A stretch of DNA of 64,000 nt from Octopus vulgaris (lineage: Eukaryota), in assembly GCA_951406725.2 (NCBI GenBank), contig OX597828.1, forward strand, positions 11,222,001 to 11,286,000. Reading direction: 5' to 3'. Positions 1-13,527 of this stretch are shown in pieces. Positions within the stretch are counted from its first letter, which is position 1. Every line of letters begins with the position of its first letter. A program made the translations under genes and the position numbers. A model generated the notes under the pieces. The model did no database searches. It was not told the origin of the DNA and worked only from the letters and a program-made list of their open reading frames with translations.

Positions 1-168
1 GCCATGCTGGAGCACCTCCTTTGGTCGAACAAATTGACCCCAGGACTTATTCTACCGGTATCTATTGCCGAACCGCAAAGTTACGGGGAAGTAAACACAC
101 CAGCATCGGTTGTCAAGCGATGTTGGGGGAGCACACGCAGACACACGGACATATACACACGCATACAT

Positions 169-200
<32 letters not shown>

Positions 201-352
201 GTAAACGTATATACGACAAGCTTCTTTCAGTTTCCGTCTACCAAATCCACTCACAAGGCTATGGTCGGCAGTCCGAGGCTATAGTGGAAGATACTTGCCC
301 AAGGTGCCACGCAGTGGGATTGAACCCGGAACCATGTGGTTGGTAAGCAAAC
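1..352 (-). mobile_element. SINE family B (tRNA-like head + CORE-like segment + internal microsatellite + 3' domain), 3' end cut by the window edge
   Basis: Reverse complement matches the copies at 16359 and 63188, including the CORE-like ACCTTGGGCAAGT motif and the internal (CA)/(TA) run. Confidence 0.85.
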
Positions 353-539
353 TATTTATATCAGATAGAAAAATTATTCTTTCGGACAGAATCAATACAG
401 CGTCGGACAGTGGCAATATTTCGTCCGGCTTTCGCATTCTTATTCCCAATGCTCCAAAAGTAATCCTTGGCTTTCAGCCGCCTAAGCTCGGAAATTTTTT
501 TTTTTTTTTTTTGGCGATCGAGCAGTGAGGCAGTCATAA

Positions 540-1900
540 TGTACTATAGTATAACAGCAATACCTTTAATCTACTATGTATAACTTTGAATCTGTGTTAG
601 TAAACAGTGTACCTAGGGTAGTGGTTAACAGAATTGATACCCTGTATATTATCAGTTTGTGTAGAATCCCTTCTCTTCATTTTCACCATTCATTGTCAGT
701 AATAAAGTCTTCCAATTACTCAGCCTCAACTATATCTCCTGTTCATTCTTTTAATTTTATCTGATTTCCAGCTGTCGCTCGTTAATCTCTTGTCAAAGAC
801 ATCCAATCATCCGGGCACAATATATCTCTTGTTGATCATTCTTCTAACTTCATCTGACGTCTCTCTGAACTCTCTCAACTACTGCCAGTTTCTCGATTAT
901 CTCTTGTCCAATATTTCAGATATCTATCTCAGATTAATTCTCTCTGATATTTCTATCCTCGTTCTCTTCAATACGCACAATTTTCCTGGATCTCGCGTCC
1001 TTCCTTCTCAAACATTGCTCGTACAGAAGCCATGTCGTTTGTTATTTTGAACTTCTTGTACCAGTTAGGAACCACGTCTCTCGGTATCCATGACTTCACA
1101 TCATTAAATGCTTTCGCAGACTTCTATACACAGCTTTTAGCCAGTTACAGTCCTTGCATCCAACGTACTACCATCAATGCCGAATTCAGACAAGACAGCA
1201 CACTCAACATATTTTACCATACAGCACATAAACTGGTCGTTAAATCTGCCTAAAATAATAGTTGATTATACCTCAGACGGCGCCGCTGTCTCTTTAAAGA
1301 AAATAAAGCAAGAACACTCCGCATAACTTATTCCAAAAAAACATAAAAAGACACGATTATTCTGAATGAAATGCAATTGATCATAAGTAAACACGAGCAC
1401 GACTGGTCTAACCCAGCACAAGAACAAAACAATACAACACATTCTCACCTCATCATTTTTGGCATATTCAAATGGCAAAATGCTTATACGGACAAGTTAT
1501 TCGGAGTCATTAGAATGAAGGACAAAAAGCCTTGTAGTATCTGTTCCAGTTTATTGCCCTCACAGTTCGAATCTCCCTTGGGATATATTTACTTTTCACA
1601 ATTTCAGCTCTTTACGTTATCGGTCAATTCTGCTGGAACCAACTTTATCTTTCACCCCTCTAGGATTTTCCTGCTCCTTTTGCTTCTAATTCCTCTGTAT
1701 ATATGCAACAAAACCCTTCTGAGGTCTTTTTTTATTCATGTCTTTTACATCACCATCGATAGGAATAACCAACTGTAAAGTGTGAAGGTTCCTCCTGATA
1801 CTCCAACTGGATGAGTGGTCCTGGAAATTTCTCAACACTAACATGGTGCTTGCCTCAGCTAAAGCTACTGTTTTCATCTAATGCCTCAAGCTTTCGGTCT
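540..1900 (+). mobile_element. Possible highly decayed CR1/L2-type LINE fragments
   Basis: Broken peptides loosely resemble APE endonuclease and RT motifs (SLLIILLTS, ILVLFNTHN). There is no intact ORF. Confidence 0.25.
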
Positions 1901-2859
1901 TGTTCTTTTTTCTTCTCTCTCAAGACAACCAGCTGGCATAATTGTTAGCAAACGGTCAAAATGCTTAGCGACGTTCCGTCCGTCTATACGTTCTGAGTTC
2001 AAATTCCACCGAGGTCGACTCTTTCCTTTTCTCTCTCTCCTTTCCTTCTCTCTCGTTCTCCCCCTTCGGGCATCTATTTCAGTTTTTGAGAACACAATAC
2101 AAACGTGACCTCTCTCACCCTGCCAGCTAATGTTCAGCTTTTAAATGTACTTCCGTGCGGTCATTTGATTTTATAAAAGTAACAACTACATCCGCTCAAA
2201 TTGCACACATTTTAATTTAGAATGGAATGACATTAGACAATGTAGTATTCGGTGTACGAAAATACAGGATGATCATAAGTTTAATTCATGAGGGTCACCC
2301 ATGTGTTAAATAATGTGATATCAAAAAAAAGCTGAAGGAAACAGATTTCAAGGATCACCTCTGCCATCATTTTTAATTCTTGTTTTTAAGTCCTGGTTAG
2401 ATCCGATCGAATATTCCATGATTATACTGGTTTTATTCAGGACATATCTAACAGTGATTACAATGTCAAATAAGCCCTATTTTTCTAAGCCTGTAGAGAT
2501 TAGTTTAAAGAAGACTTGACTTCTATTTCTAGCAAGCTCAGTTATGAGAGCCTTTTTAACCTAGCATGCGGCAATTTTAATTTGTTGATAATCCTATTGT
2601 GAAACTGTCAATGTAATCTTATGGTTAAATACTTAGTTAAGCCTTTTCTATTAAGATACTAAAGGGAGTTTGGCTTTGTTGTTGATTTTGTAGGATTGGT
2701 TTTTGTTTTTGTAACTTGTTTTTTTTGTTTTTGCTTCTTGTTTTTCTTTTCTATACTTTTGCAAATATCTATCAAGCAATACCTAAAACACTCGCGACGT
2801 GTCATAGATTTGCCATCATTGACTCACGTAGAACCACTCTTGTTTCGTAATCTACTTGA

Positions 2860-2929
<70 letters not shown>

Positions 2930-3274
2930 TTCCCAGCCCATTAACCACTGTGGCATTCATTTGGAGAACAAACTACACTAAAAGAAGCATTTTGTTAAAG
3001 GCAATCTTTTTTGTCCAAATTCAAGTGGACAGATTCCGTGATACTCACGTTGAGAGAACGTCTCATAGAAATGCATGCTGCATAAAAGCACACATATCTA
3101 TATCGTTGGCAGAGGAAAATCGTTTGCCACGCCACTGGAACTGAGAGATGTCGGCATTTCGGCATACTGTGTCTTTTTTGGCATCCACGTTAAGTGTGTT
3201 TTAAAGACTGGCATTTGACTATAATAATGCTTCTATCCCTAATAATTGCTAGTAACATTTAGTGGTTCTTAGCT

Positions 3275-3349
3275 CTAGGTGCTGGTGGTGGGGGATGCGG
3301 CAGCAGCAGCAGCACCAGCACCAGCACCAGCACCAGCACCAGCACCAGC

Positions 3350-3410
<61 letters not shown>

Positions 3411-3434
3411 ATGGTGTTAGTAGTAGTAGTAGTT

Positions 3435-3484
<50 letters not shown>

Positions 3485-3500
3485 CATTGTTGCTGTTGTT
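3275..3500. repeat. Compound microsatellite (GCA)n-(CCAGCA)n-(GTA)n
   Basis: Read directly from the sequence. Confidence 0.95.
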
Positions 3501-4439
3501 GTCTCTGTTATTCTTATTTTGTTGTGAGGGAGCTTGTGGTGATTATGGAAGCCCAGAAGTAAAAACAATGATATTATTGGAGAGTTTTCTTAAAGTGGTG
3601 AGATAGCTGAACCGTTAGTGTGTCAGATGAAAAACGCTTAACGACATTTTGAACACTACGTTTTTGAGTTCAAATTACGCCGAAGTCGAGTTTGCATTTA
3701 ATCCGTCTGGGATAAAATTAGAACAAGTCAAATATTGGGATCGATGTAAATAGGGGAATTCTGCCATTGTACTGGATTAATTTAAGAATAATGTAACACA
3801 AGGATGGACAGTACCTGGCTTTAATGGCAAATCACAGCATTTGTTTCTGCACTGGACACTAGCTTTAGGTTACTGAATTTACATATATATCGTTAAATAA
3901 GATTATTCTTTAGAAATACTATGTAATGGAATAATTTTCAGCAACAGATGTGTGTGTGTGCGTCCTTTGCAGGAATGTAGCCATGCACAGTTAGTTTGTT
4001 TTTTTAAATCTTGAAATCTGATAGTGCTTAATCACATTCTACCTGAGGAACCACCCACACACACCTGTAAATAGACAAACCTCCTCCCACAAAATTTCAG
4101 GAGTAGTGCTTATAGCAGAAAAAAAATTATTGAGAATTTATTTGCTGTCTTTTCGGGTCGTTAAAATAACTACCATTTGAGCTCTGTGATCGATATAATC
4201 GATTAACCCACTCCTCCTAAAGGTACTAAAACGTGTAATAATTACTGTGATTGGTTGGATCAGTGGAGATAGTAATAGAAGATGGATGGATGGATGGATG
4301 GATGGGTGGATGGTGGTGATGGTGGTGGTAAAAAAGTGATTATATTTGTGGTCGTCGTCCATTTTCACAATAACACCAGTAACAGCAAGATGAACAAGCA
4401 AATCAACAGCAAGAAGAAGTAGAATTATTTTAAAATATA

Positions 4440-4542
4440 TAGAAAAAGGATGAGCAAGAAAAACGAGGAACTTGAGGAAGGAGGAGGAGGAGGAGGAGGA
4501 GGAGAGAGGAGAAAGAAGGAGGGGGAGGAGGCGGAAAAAGAA

Positions 4543-4574
<32 letters not shown>

Positions 4575-4618
4575 AGAAGAAAATGAAGAAGAAAAAGAAG
4601 AAAGGGAAGAAGAAGAAG

Positions 4619-4649
<31 letters not shown>

Positions 4650-4827
4650 TGAAGAAGAAGAAGAAGAAGAAAATGAAGAAGAAAAAGAAGAGAGGGAAGA
4701 AGAAGAAGAAGAAGAAGAAGAAGAAGAAAATGAAGAAGAAAAAGAAGAAAGGGAAGAAGAAGAAGAAGAAGAAGAAGAAAATGAAGAAGAAAAAGAAGAA
4801 AGGGAAGAAGAAGAAGAAAATGAAGAA

Positions 4828-4859
<32 letters not shown>

Positions 4860-4884
4860 AAATGAAGAAGAAAAAGAAGGAGAA

Positions 4885-4919
<35 letters not shown>

Positions 4920-5325
4920 AGAAGGAGAAGAAGAAGAAGAAGAAGAAGAAGAAGAAGAAGAAGAAGAAGAAGAAGAAGAAGAAGAAGGAGGAGGGGGGGA
5001 GGAGGAGGAGAAGAAGAAGAAGAAGAAGAAGAAGAAGGAGGTGGAGGAGGAGGAGAAGGGAAGAAGAAGAAGAAGAAGAAGAAGGAGGAGGAGGAGGAGG
5101 AGAAGAAGAAGAAGAAGAAGAAAGAGGAGGAGGAGGAGAAGAAGAGGAAGGGAAGAAGAAGAAGAAGAAGAAGAAGAAGGATGAGGAGGAGAAGAAGAAG
5201 GAGAAGAAGAAGAAGAAGAAGGAGGAGGAGGAGGAGAAGGAGGAGGAGGGAAGAAGAAGAAGAAAAAGAAGAAGAAGAAGAAGAAGAAGAAGAAGAAGAA
5301 GAAGAAGAAGAAGAAGAAGAAGAAA
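4440..5325. repeat. ~880-bp polypurine (GAA/GGA)n array with higher-order units GAAAATGAAGAAGAAAAAGAAGAAAGG(GAA)n
   Basis: Read directly. It explains all the poly-E/K/F/S/L ORFs in the track. Confidence 0.95.
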
Positions 5326-6191
5326 ACACACAAAAACAAAGATTACAAAAATAACTACAATGTAAGGACAACAATTGACAAAAACAAAAACAACAAATTC
5401 AATTAATAAATTAAAAACAACATAGAAACACGCCATCAGAGAGATTTATGAGTTTCGAAATAGAAGTGAAGTCAGAAAGAGAAAGAGAGAGAAAGAAAGA
5501 GAGGGGGAGAGAGAGAAACAGGCAGAGACAGGCAGGCAGATAGGCAGACAGGCAGGCAGACAGCTAGAGACAGTGAGAAAGAGACAGACAGCGAATGTGA
5601 CAGAGACTGACAAACAGGCAGACGACACAGACAAAGACGTGTTTGCCTTATTATTTGCTCTATGTCGTTTGTTACTATTTCTATGATCAATGATTTCGCT
5701 GTTTTATTGTGAATGCCGGATTGTATATATTTTTCACCACTTCTTGACTGACATCTTCTGGACTTTATTTCAAGCTTTCCATTTGCCGATTCATATTTAA
5801 AGTAGAGACGGAAATCAAAATCTTGCCTAAGCAAAACGAGAACGAAAAACAGAACTGATGAACGAATAAATTTTACGGGATGACTTGAGTATTTTAGCCA
5901 CATATAAATATAGTTTAAACGTTTACATGAAGCATAAACTGTCTTTCGTCGCTGGAGTCCACGAAACTTTGAGTAACAATGAAAAACTACTTCCGTTGCA
6001 AAAAGACACGCGCACTCACACTTCTCTCTCCACCTTTCTTCCCTTTTCTTTCTGATGAAGTACCATTCTCAAAAAGTAATACACACACCCTCTTTTTTTT
6101 TCTATCATAAACTGAGCGTCAATCTAACACATTCAATAAGCACGTCCTTTTGACTTCGTTGTTTTTGTTTATATTTTTTCAAATATATATA

Positions 6192-6548
6192 TAGGAGTGG
6201 TTGTGTGGTAAGAAGCTTGAATTAAGGAATAAAAGAAGCTTGCTTCCCAACCACATGATGCCAGATTCAGTCCCACTGCGTGGCACATTGAGCAAGTGTC
6301 TTCTACTATAGACTCGGGCCGATCGAAGCTTTGTGAGTGGATTTGGTAGACGGAAACTGAAAGAAACCCGTCCTGCATATATGCATTTTTTTTATTTTCT
6401 CTCCCTGTTTATTTCAGTGTTTCTTTCTGTTGAAGAGCGTAAGCTCGAAACGTAAAAGACTTTCTCACTTTCCGAGCGTTAAACTAATACATCTGTTTGT
6501 TGTCTACACCACCTGTCTTCGTTTTTTTTTCTTTTTTTGTAAATTCTC

Positions 6549-6620
<72 letters not shown>

Positions 6621-6842
6621 TATGTATTTATGTATGTATGTATGTATGTATGTATGTATTTGTGTCTTTGTTTGTGTCCTCCGCCACCATCACTTAACCG
6701 ATGCTGGTGTGTTTACGTCTCAGTAACTTAGCGATTCCGCAAAAGGCTTACAAAGAATATGACCCGAGGTCAATTTGTTCGACTAAATGCGGTGCTCCAG
6801 CATGGCTGTAACCAAATGACTGAAACAAGTAAAAGAATAAAA

Positions 6843-6845
<3 letters not shown>
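6192..6845 (+). mobile_element. SINE family B, with a family D repeat inserted at its internal microsatellite
   Basis: Head GGAGTGGTTGTGTGGTAAG, CORE-like segment, and 3' domain ending GACTGAAACAAGTAAAAGAATAAAAGAA. Confidence 0.8.
6385..6550 (+). mobile_element. Family D short repeat carrying a minimal Penelope-type hammerhead motif (relatives at ~6020-6180 +, 41268-41378 +, 45793-46000 -)
   Basis: TCTTT-CTGTTGA-A-GAGC GTAA GCTC-GAAAC-GTA-AAAGA at 6422-6459. The downstream GAGCG...TAATAC segment is shared with the other copies. Confidence 0.6.
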
Positions 6846-6911
<66 letters not shown>

Positions 6912-7392
6912 TATATATATTATTTAGTATAGGAAAGAAGAAGAATGTGTAACAACAATAATGATTTAATCTGAAAACATTAAAGTAGGTTTATGTAAGG
7001 TTATGTGGTAAATACTTTCTTTCGACAACGACATGATCTTATGTTCGGTCCTATTCCAAGGTTATTCTGCTATAGATTTAACCAATGCCTTGGCCACAAA
7101 TTAGATATCTCTCTCAATAAATTTATGTTCAATATACATGCGCGCGCACATACTCACACGCACACACACACACACGCATACACACAGTCACATACGCACA
7201 CATAGTAGAAATGGTGTGTACAAATAAATCTTCAGTTACTGCTTTTATGTTTAGAGCTCCACGCATATAAACTTCCATATAGTTGTCATGTGACTTCTAC
7301 AGTATTACTGGAGGTATTTTGTATTACTAGTGAAAATGTGTGTGCGTGTCTCTGTGTGTATGTATGTATGTTTGTATGCATGTATGTATGTG

Positions 7393-7424
<32 letters not shown>

Positions 7425-7517
7425 TGTATGTATGTATGTATGTATGTTTGTATGTATGTATTAATATTTAGCAGAAGTAAGAGAGTGATTCAAGTTCCGA
7501 GAGTTACATGATATATA

Positions 7518-7721
7518 TCTTTTACTTTTTTAATTGTTTCAGTCATTTGACTCGGCCATGCTGGGGCACCATTTCGAAAGAATTTTAGTCGACTGTCTCG
7601 AAGCCTGATACTTATTCTATCGATCTCTTTTGCCGAACCGCTAAATTATGGAGACGTAAGCACATCAAAACCTGTTGTCAAATGGTGGTAGAGGAACAAA
7701 CACAGACACAAAGACACACAC

Positions 7722-7760
<39 letters not shown>

Positions 7761-7769
7761 GGTGAGAAC

Positions 7770-7801
<32 letters not shown>

Positions 7802-7962
7802 CGACGCGCTTCTTTCAGTTTCCGTTTTCCAAATCCCCTCACAAGGCTTTGATCGTCCCGAGACTATAGTAGAAGACACTTGCCCAATATTTCACGCAGT
7901 GGGCCTGAACCTGGAACCATGTGGTTGGGAAGCAATTTTCTTACCATACAGTCACGCCTGCG
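7518..7962 (-). mobile_element. SINE family B, near full length
   Basis: Reverse complement of the 16359 and 63188 copies, with an internal (TA)n run. Confidence 0.85.
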
Positions 7963-8664
7963 ACTACGTATATGTAAATGATTATCTACATATACCTATA
8001 CATACAGCATATGTATAGACACTCATTTTCTTCATTAACCATTATTCCTTGTCTCCTTTCTTGGAAGAGGTCGACTCTCTGGAACACTGTCCTTACTTAT
8101 GTTCTTTCCGGCACGTATCGACTTGCAACAGTTACAGTTAGAACCTGGTCTCGAATTGATTGAACTGTAGAGGCTATCGGTACTGACCTTTCCTCGAGAC
8201 CAAGCAAGTAAATAATAATAATAAAACATAGAAATATATAGAAATATAAAGAATAAGATAAATTTTGTCAATGGAAAAATGTAGTACGAAAATCAGAGCA
8301 TGATTGGGTTTAGTGCCGTTTTCTCTTTTACATAATTTCCTTGCTGGTTTTATATATAACTCACTTTCTTGTTGCTGGGACTTCGTAGATATATCATTGG
8401 TTATTGACAGACACAATGTTCCTATCGATATCTATGAAGTCTCTACGGATTCCAGGTCACAATTTTATAACAGATCAGCTGTCAGGCAAGAAATGATATG
8501 AGATCGTTCAATGTGTTTGGCAGCGCTTCGATCATATTTTGTTTTCATTCATTTCAACGTCAATAATGGATTGGACCGTTTGAGAAGATCTACGATAGAC
8601 GAGTAATTCTCAGTGATCAACGATCATTTCATTAATGACATATTTCTACATAAAACATACATAC

Positions 8665-8748
<84 letters not shown>

Positions 8749-8854
8749 TATATTATATTTACACACACACATATCCATATATAGATACACATGTGCATAT
8801 ACATATATATATATATATATGTATATGTATGTGCGCGCATGCATGTCTCTCTCT

Positions 8855-8916
<62 letters not shown>

Positions 8917-8962
8917 CACATGTTCATATGTACATATATGTTTGTGTGAGTGAGTGAGTGAA

Positions 8963-9969
8963 AGTGTATTTATGTATGAGCACACCAATACACACACACA
9001 CACCGATAAATAAGCACATGTATTTTTATATACAAGTCACGTTTAGATACGTACATTCATGTGTGTGTATGTGCGCGCGCGCGTGTGTGTGTATGTGTGT
9101 GTTTGGACGAGTAATTTTCTCCTCTACTATTTGAAAATTCACACACATTTTGAATTACCCACGCATCCTTAACTCATTCCCACTTACACACATCCACACA
9201 CACACACATACACACACACACTCAGAGTCATTTAAACAAAAGTAGATGCTTAATCCAAGAATAATGTGCATTTCATTACGAAAGCCGAATTCCACATTCT
9301 CCTTCACACATCGTCACACTTTTCACCTGCTGTCTAGTTGACTCTTATGAACACTTCTTAATGAACCTCTTGAGAAACGTGATTCATTTGCACATAGCTT
9401 GTCCATTGTACTCTGTGCGGAAATTAAACGTATAAGTCCATCCGTTACGTTGAAAGACGGATTCAACTTTGTTATATTATTGTTAGTAAGATGGCGTGTT
9501 ATACAAATGCGATTGGATTGGTAAAAAGAATGATTTTTTAAAAAAATATGTTTAAATGAATGAGAGCAAATCATTTACCAATATAGTAGTTATTTCACAT
9601 TCGTCCATTGGTTAATATTCATTAATAACACCAGGAACTTGGTGTGTCTTTATGCTTTGAGTCATTGTTCAGGTGCAAATTTCCGGCAGAAGGGAGCGTG
9701 ATTTTATAGTGTTTAAAAGACGTACGTTTATAGAAGTTTTAAGAAAATAGGATGTTTGATGCTTCACAGAAGATTTAAAGTAAAAAAAAATTATCGTTTT
9801 TAGTATTACAATGATAGGGCAAATAAAACTGCTTTCAATCAGTAGTAGCTTCTTCAGTATTAATACTTAACATATACAATACTTAAAATTGGGTCTTTTG
9901 ATCAAATTACGCCACTATCCTCTGTTAATTGCTTCGCTAAACTAACATGTACTATTAGGACTCGGTTCT

Positions 9970-10030
<61 letters not shown>

Positions 10031-10222
10031 TCTTTTACTTGTTTCAGTAGTGTGTAAATTTTCAAATAGGAAAGGAGAAAATTACTCGTCCAAACACACA
10101 CACACGCGCGCGTGCACTCACACACACATGAATGTACGTATGTAAACGTGACTTGTATATAAAATACATGTGCATATTTATCGGTGTGTGTGTGTGTTGG
10201 TGTGCTCATACGTAAATACACT
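8963..10222. repeat. Inverted duplication with arms at 8963-9145 and 10050-10222
   Basis: AGTGTATTTATGTATGAGCACACCAA...CTATTTGAAAATTCACACA aligns to the reverse complement of the second arm with scattered mismatches. Confidence 0.9.
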
Positions 10223-10272
10223 GATGGGGCACGTGTTATCTTGTCTCTGAATTATAAGTTAGTTGTTTAGGC

Positions 10273-10383
10273 CGGTTACTGACGAGAATTCGCCTGGTAG
10301 ATAATATGGTCTTGCTAAATTATCTATTAAAAGATGGCAAGCAATATTATTTGCTAAAGAAATTCGAAACCATGGTATAACCG
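10273..10383 (+). ncRNA. Type I hammerhead ribozyme, copy 1; predicted cleavage after GUA at 10377
   Basis: Stem I CGGTTA/TAACCG; core CTGACGA 10279-10285; stem II GAATT/AATTC; GAAA 10366; stem III AC-CATG-GT; GTA triplet. Confidence 0.85.
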
Positions 10384-10764
10384 TTATATAACAAAGTAAA
10401 GGTTTTTATTTTTCATTTACTTCGAAATTTGCTATAAAATTGTGGTTTTTGGCCGTGTTCGGCTGCTATTTCTAGCATGTAAAAATTATTGTTAAAGGAT
10501 AATTTTCTATTTTGAAATACGAATATGTTGTCTATTGACTTTTTATACATGCTAGACCACTGGTGGTGATATTTATAACGAGTATTCGCCACCCTATATA
10601 TATATGTACCTTATGAATATGTTCTTAGCATTCTCGAAGTTTCAGCTCGGCATTGTACCCATTGCTGACTGTAAATGCGCCTGCGCGCGATATTTGAAAA
10701 ATTATAGCATATAATGATGGGAAAGTGTTATCTTGCCTCTGAATTATAAGTTAGTTGCTTAGGC

Positions 10765-10875
10765 CGGTTACTGACGAGAATTCGCCTGGTAGATAATATG
10801 GTCTTGCTAAATTATCTATTAAAAGATGGCAAGCAATATTATTTGCTAAAGAAATTCGAAACGATGGTATAACCG
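10765..10875 (+). ncRNA. Type I hammerhead ribozyme, copy 2; predicted cleavage after GUA at 10869
   Basis: Same stems and core as copy 1, but the stem III loop is GATG. Confidence 0.85.
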
Positions 10876-11011
10876 TTATATAACAAGGTAAAGGTTTTTT
10901 ATTTTTCATTTACTTCGAAATTTGCTATAAAATTGTGGTTTTTGGCCGTGCTTGGCTGCTATTTCTAGCATGTAAAAATTACTTGTTAAAGGCTAATTTT
11001 CTATTTTGAAA

Positions 11012-11078
<67 letters not shown>

Positions 11079-11176
11079 CATTTATCGATTTTTTATATAT
11101 GTATCCATATATATATATGTATAAGTATGTAAATGTGTGTGTATTTATATTCATAACTTAACCTTATGTACTTTCT

Positions 11177-11308
11177 AAAATCTCTGACGAAGCCTAAAGA
11201 AACATCCAAGCACCTCATTTTCATCTACTAATTACTTCAGTCTACTGGAGGGATAAAGGCAGAATGAGGTATTTTTGCCTCTTGCTTGAAACAGCTGTAA
11301 GATATTTT
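11177..11308 (+). ncRNA. Candidate type I hammerhead ribozyme of a different sequence family, with a long stem II insert
   Basis: ATCT-CTGACGA (11184-11190)-AGC...GCTT-GAAAC-AGCT-GTA (11297-11299)-AGAT. Stem III is the palindrome ACAGCTGT. Stem II closure is imperfect. Confidence 0.6.
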
Positions 11309-12469
11309 CCCAATTTCTATTCCTGTATGTTATATATTTTAATAATTACTGGTATCTTTATATATTTTATATGTAAAGCATAATGTGTTATACATGTATG
11401 TATATTCTTGTAATTGTCATTTTAGTAAGTAAATAAATAAATTGACATAAAATAATGTCTAAAAGTTGATGAACCACCTATTGACTCCCTCCATTTTCTT
11501 ATTGCTCTCTCTCTCTTTCTCTCTCTCGATATATATATATATCTTTATGCAAACACACACACATACGCAAATGCACACGCACACGCACATATATATATAT
11601 ACACACATACACATACTTACCATTAGAGGTCACAGGTATTAGGCTGGAGATAATCATTCTATCATTCCATCATAATATGAGGTAAATATGTCTGCATGTG
11701 TGCGTGTCTGTGTATGAATGTGTACGTATGTGCATGTGTGCGCGTTTGTGTATGTATGCGTGTGTGTGCAGACATGCTTATATTGCATACATTCATGTCC
11801 ATACAATCCACAAAACTCTTTGGAGTCTGATGATATATTAGCATTTATTTTAGTTATATACAGCATATTACAATAATCTACACGTGTTTCCACGTAGAGG
11901 AGCTTTACCAAATATTCACTTCAAAATACAAATTAATAAATACCAGACAAGAACAAGCAGTGGAATGTCTTCACACAAGCATATAAACTTCCAGACAATA
12001 TAAATGAATACATTATACAATATATAATACTAATAAAGTACGGACCAGACCATCAAAACGAATTTAAACAAACAAAAATAATTCTATGCAAACACTGCCC
12101 TCTGAACCAAGGGTAGCACATACAGCTATTAGGACATATTAAGAACATTGAAAAAAAAACTCCAACCTCGATCTATTTTACGACCAGGCCCCAACCTCGT
12201 TCAACAGCGGAGATGAAATCTAGGTCAGATTCTTGTAACTATAAATAACAACAACCCTACCTTCTACGGAATATTAACCAACATAATTTGCAGCCAATTC
12301 ACTTCGAATAAGACAAATGGAGGGTCTCTGATGAAACTGCATTGACAATATTGTAAGGCTGCATCTGCAACAACGTTCAGTCGCTGCAGTGGAAACATCT
12401 GTAAGCCATTGTAATATGCTGTATATCACAATAAAATAAAAATAGTCGATGTACAAGCCGCCAAACTCT

Positions 12470-13527
<1,058 letters not shown>

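Larger units (their letters stand above)
10222..11013 (+). mobile_element. Retrozyme-like or non-autonomous Penelope-like element: two ~298-bp direct repeats (10222-10519, 10715-11013) around a ~195-bp spacer
   Basis: The direct repeats are nearly identical and each holds a hammerhead ribozyme. There is no ORF, and the element ends in (TA)n. Confidence 0.75.

Noticed and set aside
4138-5436. Long ORFs of 244-432 aa in several frames
   Set aside because: They are translations of the (GAA/GGA)n array, open on both strands with homopolymeric peptides.
9323-9574. Minus-strand ORF ending at CAG|GTGAAA
   Set aside because: There is no recognisable homology, and its phase does not join the candidate exon at 8192.
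11870-12200. Possible GIY-YIG endonuclease remnant, and a similar one at ~30950-31400
   Set aside because: Only a vague resemblance across frameshifts, with no diagnostic motif intact.
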